This document shows positions 1 through 7,302 of a DNA stretch of 10,141 bases, one piece after another. The translations under genes were made by a program, and so were the position numbers. Under the pieces are notes generated by a model that saw only the letters and a program-made list of their open reading frames with translations, had not been told where the DNA came from and did not search any database. Within the stretch, counting starts at the first letter, position 1; each line of letters opens with the position of its first letter. The DNA lies in contig JBNJFI010000015.1 in the NCBI GenBank assembly GCA_051746725.1, positions 20,391-30,531 on the forward strand, written 5' to 3'. This DNA comes from Fusobacteriota bacterium. GTDB lineage: Bacteria > Fusobacteriota > Fusobacteriia > Fusobacteriales > JBNJFI01.

Positions 1-657
1 TTCAATAATGAAGTAGATGATATTGGGATATTTGTATTAATAGTAGGAGTTATTATACATGACACCACTAAAGGAAGTTTAAGACTTAGTGATTCTGATA
101 TGTCTCACAGTAAAGTTATGAAAAATAAGCCCCATATAGCAATACAAGAAGCTAAAGCTATATTAAAAGATGTAGAAACATTTACAAATTATAAATTAAA
201 AGGGAATATAAAGGAACAGATATATCACATTGTAGCTTCGCATCATGGAAGATGGGGAAAAATAAAACCAGGAAGTTTAGAAGCTAATATAGTCCATGAA
301 GCAGATAAGTATTCAGCAATGTATCACCGAATAACTCCTATAGGAGCAAGAGATATTATCAAGTTAATGAATAGGGGATTTAATAAAAGAGAAGTAGTAA
401 ACATAACAGGCTATACGAAGGGAATTATAAATAATCGTCTCAAAAAAGCAAGACACAACTTGAATATAAAAACTACCAAAAAACTTTTAGAATATTATAA
501 AGATACAGGTCATATGGTAGATGGAGATGCATTTTTTTCACGGAGAATAAGAGAGACAAAAAAGTTAATTAAACGTGTTGATAATATTGGTTTTGAAAAA
601 TTAGTTTTAGGAAATAATTTATTAAAATATATTGATTCAGGAGATATATTTAAATAA
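1..657 (+). CDS. HD-domain metal-dependent phosphohydrolase with a C-terminal LuxR/GerE-like HTH; 5'-partial
   Basis: Frame 1 is open from base 1 (FNNEVDDIGIFVLIVGVIIHDTTKG...), so the ORF-track start at 100 is internal. The HD doublet (CAT GAC) is at 58-63, followed by IVASHHG and IVHEADKYSA, the usual HD...HH...D ligand pattern. Residues encoded at ~352-498 fit a LuxR-type HTH pattern. Confidence 0.85.
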   Translation, partial: FNNEVDDIGIFVLIVGVIIHDTTKGSLRLSDSDMSHSKVMKNKPHIAIQEAKAILKDVETFTNYKLKGNIKEQIYHIVASHHGRWGKIKPGSLEANIVHEADKYSAMYHRITPIGARDIIKLMNRGFNKREVVNITGYTKGIINNRLKKARHNLNIKTTKKLLEYYKDTGHMVDGDAFFSRRIRETKKLIKRVDNIGFEKLVLGNNLLKYIDSGDIFK

Positions 658-677
658 ATTATTAATGAGGAGTTGAA

Positions 678-1493
678 ATGAAAGATAGATTGGATAAAGT
701 TTTAGTAGAAAGAGATTTTTTTGAATCTAGGTCAAGGGCAAAACGGGCTATAATGGCTGGCTTAGTAATAGTGAATGAACATAAAGAGGATAAAGCTGGA
801 ACCCAGATAGATTTTGATTCTAATATCAGAATTAAAGGCGATCGTTTAAAATATGTAGGTAGAGGTGGATTAAAATTAGAAAAAGCTGTAAAAGTTTTTA
901 ATATAGATTTTAAAGATAAGTATGTTTTAGATGTAGGTGCTTCAACAGGAGGTTTTACTGATTGTGCCTTACAAAATGGAGCAAAGCAAGTTTATAGTGT
1001 AGATGTAGGAACTAATCAGTTGAGCTGGAAGATGCGAAAAAATTCTAAGGTTAAATCTTTAGAACAAATGCATATAAAAGATTTAAAATTAAAGGATATC
1101 GATAATAATCAAGTTGATTATATAGTAATGGATGTATCTTTTATATCTATAACTCGTATATTTAAAGATCTTATAAAATTTCTAAAAGATAATGGAAAAT
1201 TAATGGCTCTTATAAAGCCTCAGTTTGAAGTTGGAAAAGATAATGTTGGTAAGGGTGGAATAATAAGAGATTTTTCTAAACATAAAATGGCAATTAAAAA
1301 TGTTATAAATGAAGCAAAAAATTCTGGATTTTATTTAGAAGATTTGGAGGTATCTCCTATAACAGGTGGAAAAGGAAATGTAGAATATATTTCATTGTTT
1401 AGTTTTGATAAATCGCAAAAAATTGAAACTGAAAATCTAATAAAAAGAGTTATTAATAAAGGAAAAGCAAAAAAGAACGAAAACAAAAAATAA
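678..1493 (+). CDS. tlyA: TlyA-family rRNA (cytidine-2'-O)-methyltransferase
   Basis: N-terminal S4 domain (RLDKVLVER...SRSRAKRAIMAGLV), YVGRGGLKL, SAM-binding LDVGASTGGFTD, DVSFIS, LIKPQFE and SPITGGKGNVEY. Shine-Dalgarno (SD) GAGGAG at 667-672. Confidence 0.96.
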   Translation: MKDRLDKVLVERDFFESRSRAKRAIMAGLVIVNEHKEDKAGTQIDFDSNIRIKGDRLKYVGRGGLKLEKAVKVFNIDFKDKYVLDVGASTGGFTDCALQNGAKQVYSVDVGTNQLSWKMRKNSKVKSLEQMHIKDLKLKDIDNNQVDYIVMDVSFISITRIFKDLIKFLKDNGKLMALIKPQFEVGKDNVGKGGIIRDFSKHKMAIKNVINEAKNSGFYLEDLEVSPITGGKGNVEYISLFSFDKSQKIETENLIKRVINKGKAKKNENKK

Positions 1494-1509
1494 AAAAAGG
1501 TGGTATAAT

Positions 1510-2853
1510 ATGACAAAAAAGATAAGGGGAATTTTAGTTTTACTAGTAATTAGCTTAGTAATTTCTACAACAGCTTGTGCTAAAGAGGAAAATACTACGA
1601 AAAAAACAAAAATGCAAGAAACTGGATTTTTAGCAAATGTAAATGAATTAAAAGAAATCTCAAATATAATAGATGTAGTTATGCAAAGTTATGTTGGAGA
1701 TGAGGAAGTATCTAAAAAGGAATTGATGCAAGGAGCTATAAAAGGAATGATGAATGAATTAGATTCTCATTCAGTATATCTGTCAAAGGAAAATATGGAA
1801 TCCTTTAGTGAAGATATGAAAGGTGAATATGCTGGAGTTGGAATGGTAGTCAGTGAAGAAGATAATATTTTAACAGTAGTTTCTCCAATAGAAGGAACTC
1901 CTGCTTATAAAGCTGGAATGAAAGCCAGGGATAAAATAATTTCAATAGAAGGAAAATCTACATATGATTTAAGCTTACAGGAATGTGTAGATCTTTTAAA
2001 AGGAAAACCAGATACAGATGTTACCATAAGAGTATTAAGAGAAGGTAAAGATGAACCTTTTGATGTTACTTTGACTAGAGCAATTGTAGAATTGAAATAT
2101 GTTAAAAGTAGAATGTTAGATGGAGATATAGGTTATTTAAGAATAACTCAATTTAGTAGTGGAATAATTGCAGATGCAAAAAAGGCTATTAAGAAATTAG
2201 AAAAAGATGGAATGAAAGCTATAATCTTAGATTTAAGAAATAATCCAGGAGGAGCTTTACAAGAAGCTGTAGGTATAGCATCACAATTTGTATCGAATTC
2301 ACCTATAGTTACAATAAAAGATAAAAATAAAGTAATAGAAGAGCATAAAAATATTGAAACAAATCATGTAGAAGTTCCAATAGTTGTTTTAGTTAATGAG
2401 GGAAGTGCTTCTGCTTCTGAAATAGTTTCAGGGGCTATAAAAGATTATGGTACTGGATTGATATTAGGAGAGAAAACATTTGGTAAAGGAACAGTTCAAA
2501 ATATATTGCCTCTTCCAGATGGAGATGCTATAAAATTAACTATTGCTAGATATTATACTCCTAATGGAGTAGATATAAATCATAAAGGAATAGTACCTGA
2601 TATAAAAGTTTCTGAATCTGAAGATTATAAGCATTTTGAAGGGTTTATTACAAACGTAGATAGTGGAGAAGAAACAGATAAATCTGAAGATAAAGATGAA
2701 ATTAATATGGAAGATTCTCAAGAATTAAAAGATGAATCTACAGAAGAATCTAAAAATGAAGAAAAAAATGAAGAAACAGTAGATAAACAATTAGAAGCAG
2801 CTAAAAATGTGTTAAAAGGAATTTTATTATACGATACAAAGAAAGCAAAATAA
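1510..2853 (+). CDS. S41 family carboxyl-terminal processing protease (CtpA/Prc-like), exported
   Basis: Signal peptide MTKKIRG + hydrophobic stretch + ACA. PDZ domain (YAGVGMVV...VVSPIEGTPAYKAG), DLRNNPGG, catalytic Ser in GSASASE (2410-2412) and Lys in TFGKG (2485-2487). SD AAGGTGGT at 1497-1504. Confidence 0.95.
   Translation: MTKKIRGILVLLVISLVISTTACAKEENTTKKTKMQETGFLANVNELKEISNIIDVVMQSYVGDEEVSKKELMQGAIKGMMNELDSHSVYLSKENMESFSEDMKGEYAGVGMVVSEEDNILTVVSPIEGTPAYKAGMKARDKIISIEGKSTYDLSLQECVDLLKGKPDTDVTIRVLREGKDEPFDVTLTRAIVELKYVKSRMLDGDIGYLRITQFSSGIIADAKKAIKKLEKDGMKAIILDLRNNPGGALQEAVGIASQFVSNSPIVTIKDKNKVIEEHKNIETNHVEVPIVVLVNEGSASASEIVSGAIKDYGTGLILGEKTFGKGTVQNILPLPDGDAIKLTIARYYTPNGVDINHKGIVPDIKVSESEDYKHFEGFITNVDSGEETDKSEDKDEINMEDSQELKDESTEESKNEEKNEETVDKQLEAAKNVLKGILLYDTKKAK
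2752..2775 (+). repeat. 12-nt tandem duplication (AAAAATGAAGAA x2, encoding KNEE KNEE) in the acidic insert of the S41 protease
   Basis: Read directly from the sequence; in frame. Confidence 0.6.
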
Positions 2854-2883
2854 AAAGATATATAAGAAAAAAGAGGAGATAAA

Positions 2884-3546
2884 ATGTTAAATATAGTAGC
2901 TACTCCTATTGGAAATCTTGAAGATATGACCTATAGGTCTGTGGATATATTAAAAAATTCGGATTATATTTTTGCTGAAGATACTAGAAATACCAAAAAA
3001 CTGTTGGATCATTATAATATAAATACAATAACTTATAGCTACCATTCACACAGTGAAGATAAATCTTTAAATAAAATCATAAGACTATTAAAAAAAAATA
3101 AAAAAGTATCTCTGGTATCTGATGCAGGAACTCCTTGTATTTCAGATCCAGGATATGTATTGGTGCAAAGAGCTTTGGAAAATAATATCAAAGTTAGGTC
3201 TATCCCTGGAGCTAGTGCGCTTACAGCTGCAGCATCTGTAAGTGGTATAGATATGAGGAGATTTGCTTTTGAGGGATTTTTACCAAAAAAGCAAGGGAGA
3301 GAGACCATATTAAATGGTCTAAGGAGCGAAAAAAGAGCAATAATAATATTTGAATCTCCCTATAGATTAAGAGAAACTTTAAAAGAATTAAAAGAGTACT
3401 TAGGAGATAGAATTGTTGCAGTAAATCGAGAGATAAGCAAAATATATGAAGAAGTGATAAGAGGAAAAATATCAGAAGTATTAGAAAAATTAGATAATAA
3501 CGTAAAGGGCGAAATAGTTTTGGTTATTGCGCCAAAGGGAGACTAA
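2884..3546 (+). CDS. rsmI: 16S rRNA (cytidine1402-2'-O)-methyltransferase
   Basis: VATPIGNLED, AEDTR, VSDAGTPCISDPG, IPGASA, FEGFLP, FESPYR, REISKIYEE and KGEIVLVI. Short 220-aa form lacking the C-terminal extension. SD AAGAGGAG at 2871-2878. Confidence 0.96.
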   Translation: MLNIVATPIGNLEDMTYRSVDILKNSDYIFAEDTRNTKKLLDHYNINTITYSYHSHSEDKSLNKIIRLLKKNKKVSLVSDAGTPCISDPGYVLVQRALENNIKVRSIPGASALTAAASVSGIDMRRFAFEGFLPKKQGRETILNGLRSEKRAIIIFESPYRLRETLKELKEYLGDRIVAVNREISKIYEEVIRGKISEVLEKLDNNVKGEIVLVIAPKGD

Positions 3547-3548
3547 AA

Positions 3549-4424
3549 ATGGAGATAAATTGGTATCCAGGTCATATGAAAAAAACTAAAAATATGATAA
3601 AGGAAAACTTAAAAATTGTTGATTTAATCTTTGAAATTGTAGATGCAAGAGTACCTTTAAGTAGTAAAAATCCAGATATTTCAAAATTAACAGGAGGAAA
3701 AAAGAGGATACTATTGCTTAACAAATCTGACTTGGTTTCCAGTGAGGAATTAAATAAATGGAAAAATCACTTTATTAAAAATGAGAATATAGAAGATGTT
3801 ATTGCAATTAGTGCTAAAACCGGAGAAAATCTAAGTTCAATTTTTAAGGCAATGAAGGAAGTAGCAAAAGTTAAAACAGAAAAGATGAAAAAAAGAGGGT
3901 TAAGACGAGTTAAAGTTAGAGTTTTGATAGCGGGAATTCCAAATGTAGGGAAATCTCATTTGATAAATAGACTTAAAGGTAAAAAATCTGCCGGTGTAGC
4001 TAATACTCCAGGTCATACAAAAGGAAAACAATGGATAAAGCTTGATAAGCAGTTGGAATTACTAGATACTCCAGGAATATTATGGCCAAAATTTGAAAGT
4101 GAAGTTGTTGGATTGCATTTAGCAATCACAGGGGCAATAAAAGATCAGATTTTAGATATATCAGAAATTACCAATGAATTAGTAAAAATTATAAAGCAAA
4201 ATGATTCAATACGAGGTAAGTTCAAAAAAGTTTATAAATTAAGCGATGAAGATATGGTAAAACCTTCATATGAAATAATAGAAAAAGTAGCCAGTAATTT
4301 ACAGATGTTAGTAACAGGAGGAAAACTAGATATAAGAAAGGCGGAACATCAAATATTAAGAGAATATAGAGATGAAAAATTTGGAAAATTCATATTAGAT
4401 CAGATTGGTCAAAAAAGGAAATAA
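3549..4424 (+). CDS. rbgA: Ribosome biogenesis GTPase RbgA/YlqF (circularly permuted GTPase)
   Basis: INWYPGHM N-terminus; G4 (NKSD) precedes G1 (GIPNVGKS), G2 (TPGHT) and G3 (DTPG), followed by ILWPKF. Starts 2 nt after the rsmI stop with SD AAGGGAG inside the rsmI end, suggesting translational coupling. Confidence 0.96.
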   Translation: MEINWYPGHMKKTKNMIKENLKIVDLIFEIVDARVPLSSKNPDISKLTGGKKRILLLNKSDLVSSEELNKWKNHFIKNENIEDVIAISAKTGENLSSIFKAMKEVAKVKTEKMKKRGLRRVKVRVLIAGIPNVGKSHLINRLKGKKSAGVANTPGHTKGKQWIKLDKQLELLDTPGILWPKFESEVVGLHLAITGAIKDQILDISEITNELVKIIKQNDSIRGKFKKVYKLSDEDMVKPSYEIIEKVASNLQMLVTGGKLDIRKAEHQILREYRDEKFGKFILDQIGQKRK

Positions 4425-4453
4425 AATTTCATAAAAGTACAGGAGGGATAAAG

Positions 4454-5668
4454 ATGAAAGATAATAACATTAGAATTAAAGAAATTAAGACGATTTCCGA
4501 AGCTAAAGATATAATCAAACAAATTTCAGGTGATTATAGAGAGATAAAAGAAAACTTTGAAAAAGTTCTATTTCGTACTATTCAAGCTACAGATTTAAAT
4601 GCCAGAGCAGCTAATTTATTAAAACAGATAGCCTTGGAAGAGGGAATGGATGTTATAATATCAAAGGATGTAACATTATTTAATAGCACTACTTCTGATG
4701 TATTATTAATGGGGACATTAAAAAATTATGAAAAATTATATTACAATTTAAAAACCAAGGAATTTGGATTATCAAGTTTTGCCGAGGAAGTAAGAGAACT
4801 TTTATTAAAATATGATAATGAATTGCAAGCTATAAAAATTGGTAATTATAAGTTAGATTTCCACAAAAAAACATTTGTAATGGGGATTTTAAATATAACT
4901 CCTGACTCTTTTTCAGATGGAGGAAATTATAATGATATTGAATTAGCCGTAAAAAGGGCAAAGGAGATGGAAGCTAAGGGAGCTGATATAATAGATATTG
5001 GCGCTGAATCTAGTAGACCAGGGGCTGAGCCAGTATCTGCTACAAATGAAATAAAAAGACTTAGTAAAATTGTAGATAGAATATTAGAAGAGGTAAATAT
5101 CCCTGTATCTATTGATACTTATAAATCTGAAGTAGCAAAAGCTATGTTAGAAAAAGGTGTTCATATAATAAATGATATAACTGGATTACAAGGCGATGAA
5201 AAGATGGCAGAAGTGATAGCAGATTATGATGCAGTTGTAATAGCAATGCATATGCAAGGTACTCCTGAATCAATGCAAATTAACCCTGAATACAATGAAG
5301 TGATAGCAGATATAATAGAAGAATTAAAGACAAGCGTTAGAATTGCTAAAGTGGCAGGGATTAGGTCTGATAAAATAATATTAGATCCAGGTATAGGATT
5401 TGGAAAAACCTTAAATCATAATTTAAAAATATTGAATAAATTAAATGAATTTAAGACTTTAGGATTACCTATATTAATTGGAGGATCTAGAAAGTCATTT
5501 ATCAAAGAGATATCTGGTAAAGATGTCAATGATAGATTAAATGAAAGTATAGCTTCAGCAATTATAGCTTCTCAAAAAGGAGCTAATATAGTCAGAGTTC
5601 ACGATGTAAAAGAAACAGTAGAAGCGATGAAGATATCAGATGCAATTGATAGAGTAAATGATGATTAG
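4454..5668 (+). CDS. folP: Dihydropteroate synthase, long form with ~120-aa N-terminal extension
   Basis: MGILNITPDSFSDGG, IDIGAESSRPG, SIDTY, INDITG, MHMQG, DPGIGFGK, SRKSF and VRVHDV. The DHPS barrel begins at about residue 140 of 404. SD AGGAGGG at 4441-4447. Confidence 0.96.
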   Translation: MKDNNIRIKEIKTISEAKDIIKQISGDYREIKENFEKVLFRTIQATDLNARAANLLKQIALEEGMDVIISKDVTLFNSTTSDVLLMGTLKNYEKLYYNLKTKEFGLSSFAEEVRELLLKYDNELQAIKIGNYKLDFHKKTFVMGILNITPDSFSDGGNYNDIELAVKRAKEMEAKGADIIDIGAESSRPGAEPVSATNEIKRLSKIVDRILEEVNIPVSIDTYKSEVAKAMLEKGVHIINDITGLQGDEKMAEVIADYDAVVIAMHMQGTPESMQINPEYNEVIADIIEELKTSVRIAKVAGIRSDKIILDPGIGFGKTLNHNLKILNKLNEFKTLGLPILIGGSRKSFIKEISGKDVNDRLNESIASAIIASQKGANIVRVHDVKETVEAMKISDAIDRVNDD

Positions 5669-5680
5669 AAGAGGTGAACT

Positions 5681-6436
5681 ATGAAAGAGGCATACAAAAA
5701 AGGTATGGAATACATCTTGAAAAATAAATTAATAATTATATTAGGGGTAATAATAGGTTTATTTAATGCCCCGCTTAAATCTAATATATTTACGGGTTTA
5801 GGAGGATATTTTTTATCTCTTTTCTCTATAATTGGTTTTATAGGAATGGCCAGTGATAGACAAAAAAGAGTTGGTTTTAGGTTGTGGTTTAGAAAAGGGA
5901 TTAGATATTTTACAAAAGTCATAATAACTCTGTCTGAATTTTTAATGATATATTTAGTAAATTTATTTTTGGTATTGTTTTTTACAATTCTGCCGATAAT
6001 ATTAATAGGAGGTCAAACTTCAGTTAAAGATTCTATATTTGTAGTTATCATATTAAGTATAATAGTAGGAATATATAGATTGCCTTTATACGTATTTTCT
6101 TTTTTGATACCAATTTATAACAAAAAAGAATCTGGAAAATATGCAATGGTGAAGGCAAAAAAGATTTTATGGGAAAATATTAGCTTTTGGAAAATGGTGC
6201 TTCCTCAATTTTCTATTTATTTTATTCTTTTATTTTTAAAAACACTTAAAATAAAAGATCCTATTTTATATACTTCAGTAGATATAGTTTTAGGACTTTT
6301 CATATTATTTTGTTTTATAGTTGATTATTTTTGGTTAGATATAAAAATAAAACAAAATGATAATTATAAAATTATCTACACAAATGAAAATACAAACACG
6401 ACATATACAAAATTAATTGGAAGATTTATAATGTAA
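5681..6436 (+). CDS. Uncharacterised multi-pass membrane protein (about 6 hydrophobic segments)
   Basis: 251-aa ORF with SD GAGGTG at 5671-5676. It fills the folP-fliS gap with 12- and 20-nt spacers. Long I/L/F/V stretches are separated by basic loops; no motif recognised. Confidence 0.8.
   Translation: MKEAYKKGMEYILKNKLIIILGVIIGLFNAPLKSNIFTGLGGYFLSLFSIIGFIGMASDRQKRVGFRLWFRKGIRYFTKVIITLSEFLMIYLVNLFLVLFFTILPIILIGGQTSVKDSIFVVIILSIIVGIYRLPLYVFSFLIPIYNKKESGKYAMVKAKKILWENISFWKMVLPQFSIYFILLFLKTLKIKDPILYTSVDIVLGLFILFCFIVDYFWLDIKIKQNDNYKIIYTNENTNTTYTKLIGRFIM
5973..5999 (+). promoter_or_regulatory. Candidate sigma28 (FliA/SigD) promoter inside the membrane-protein gene
   Basis: TATTGTTT-N11-GCCGATAA against the enteric consensus TAAAGTTT-N11-GCCGATAA: -10 matches 8/8, -35 matches 6/8, spacing exact. 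About 460 nt upstream of fliS. Confidence 0.4.
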
Positions 6437-6456
6437 TCCAAAGGAGATGTTAAAAG

Positions 6457-6849
6457 ATGTATAATAATAATCCTTATGATAAATACAAAAATACGCAAAT
6501 ACAGACAGCTACACCGGGACAACTTATACTCATGTTATATGAAGGTGCAATAAAGTTTTGTAAATTTGCAAAGATAGGGATAGAAGAAAAAGATATATCC
6601 AAAGCTAATAAGTTTTTAATAAAAGTTCAAGATATAATAAGTGAATTGAGAATTTCTTTAGATATGGAAAAAGGTGGAGAAATATCTCAAAATTTAAATA
6701 GCTTGTATGATTATATGCAAAATCAATTATTAGAAGCTAATTTAAAAAAAGATATTGAAAAGGTAAATGAAGTTCAGAGTTTATTAGAAGAGTTAAAAGA
6801 TGCATGGGAGCAAGCTGTTAAACAAACTGGCGGAGTAAAGGGTCGATAA
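6457..6849 (+). CDS. fliS: Flagellar export chaperone FliS
   Basis: PYDKYKNTQIQTATPGQLILMLYEGAI, KVQDIISELRISLDMEKGGEISQNLNSLYDYM and LKDAW are typical FliS; 130 aa. SD AAGGAG at 6441-6446. Confidence 0.95.
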   Translation: MYNNNPYDKYKNTQIQTATPGQLILMLYEGAIKFCKFAKIGIEEKDISKANKFLIKVQDIISELRISLDMEKGGEISQNLNSLYDYMQNQLLEANLKKDIEKVNEVQSLLEELKDAWEQAVKQTGGVKGR

Positions 6850-6864
6850 GAGAGTAGGGATATA

Positions 6865-7221
6865 ATGAGTAAACTAAAAAAATTATATTTGGATTTAGAA
6901 AAAAAGACTGAAAAAGAATATGAATTAATAACTCAAGATGAGATAGATCCTGAAAAACTAGATGAAATAGTTATGCAAAAAAGGGTAGTTCGAGATAAAA
7001 TAGAAAAACTACCATCTGACCTTTTCTCTACAGAGAATCCAAAGGTTATAAAAAATGTGATTAAAAGAATAATAAAATTAGAAAAAAAAAATCAAGAGAT
7101 ATACCAAAGAAAAATGAAAAATATTAAATCTAAAATGCAAAGTATAGCCAGTGAAAAAAAATTAAAAAAAATATATGGAAAATCAGATTTAGAGGCAAAA
7201 TTCTTTGATTCTAAAAAATAA
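6865..7221 (+). CDS. Small helical flagellar chaperone, FliT-like (FlgN-like fold possible)
   Basis: 118 aa, charged with coiled-coil character, immediately after fliS at the usual fliT position. The N-terminal pattern LYLDLEKKTEKEYELI...EKLDEIVMQKRVVRDKIEKL is compatible with FliT. The call rests mainly on synteny. Confidence 0.6.
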   Translation: MSKLKKLYLDLEKKTEKEYELITQDEIDPEKLDEIVMQKRVVRDKIEKLPSDLFSTENPKVIKNVIKRIIKLEKKNQEIYQRKMKNIKSKMQSIASEKKLKKIYGKSDLEAKFFDSKK

Positions 7222-7234
7222 TTCTGAATTTCTA

Positions 7235-7263
7235 TTGAAAAAATATGGAAATAAGAGTATAAT
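7235..7263 (+). promoter_or_regulatory. Sigma70/sigmaA-type promoter for the flagellin-like gene
   Basis: TTGAAA (7235-7240)-N17-TATAAT (7258-7263) in the 81-nt intergenic gap. The predicted start near 7270 leaves the SD AAGGAGGTG (7288-7296) in the leader. Confidence 0.65.
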
Positions 7264-7302
7264 AATAATAGAAGGAAAGATTTAAACAAGGAGGTGTTTA
7301 AA

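Noticed and set aside
100..102. ATG 100 as the start of the first gene
   Set aside because: The frame is open to base 1 and the HD motif lies upstream at 58-63, so the real start is outside the window.
1501..1509. Perfect extended -10 motif TGGTATAAT
   Set aside because: It abuts ATG 1510, so transcription would start inside the CDS. It is better explained as SD AAGGTGGT plus an AT-rich spacer.
1331..1516. 61-aa minus-strand ORF
   Set aside because: Antisense shadow of the tlyA end; its Phe-rich content reflects A-runs on the + strand.
1510..1581. Lipoprotein signal in the S41 protease (TTAC)
   Set aside because: Poor fit to the [LVI][ASTVI][GAS]C lipobox; ACA fits a signal peptidase I site at least as well. 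SignalP would decide.
2536..2721. 61-aa minus-strand ORF
   Set aside because: Entirely antisense to the well-supported S41 protease; no independent motif.
3039..3308. 89-aa minus-strand ORF
   Set aside because: Antisense shadow inside rsmI.
5665..5922. 85-aa minus-strand ORF
   Set aside because: Overlaps the + strand membrane-protein gene, which has a good SD and fits the operon spacing.
6359..6376. GATAATT-ATAA-AATTATC inverted repeat, resembling a Fur box
   Set aside because: The spacing fits neither the 19-bp nor the 7-1-7 Fur consensus. It lies within a CDS in very AT-rich sequence.
6404..6432. TATACA-N17-TATAAT, possible sigma70 promoter just before fliS
   Set aside because: The -35 matches only 4/6 and TATAAT is frequent in this AT-rich DNA. 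Not excluded, but not supportable without start-site data.
7092..7289. 65-aa minus-strand ORF
   Set aside because: Antisense to the fliT-like gene and the promoter region; low-complexity composition.
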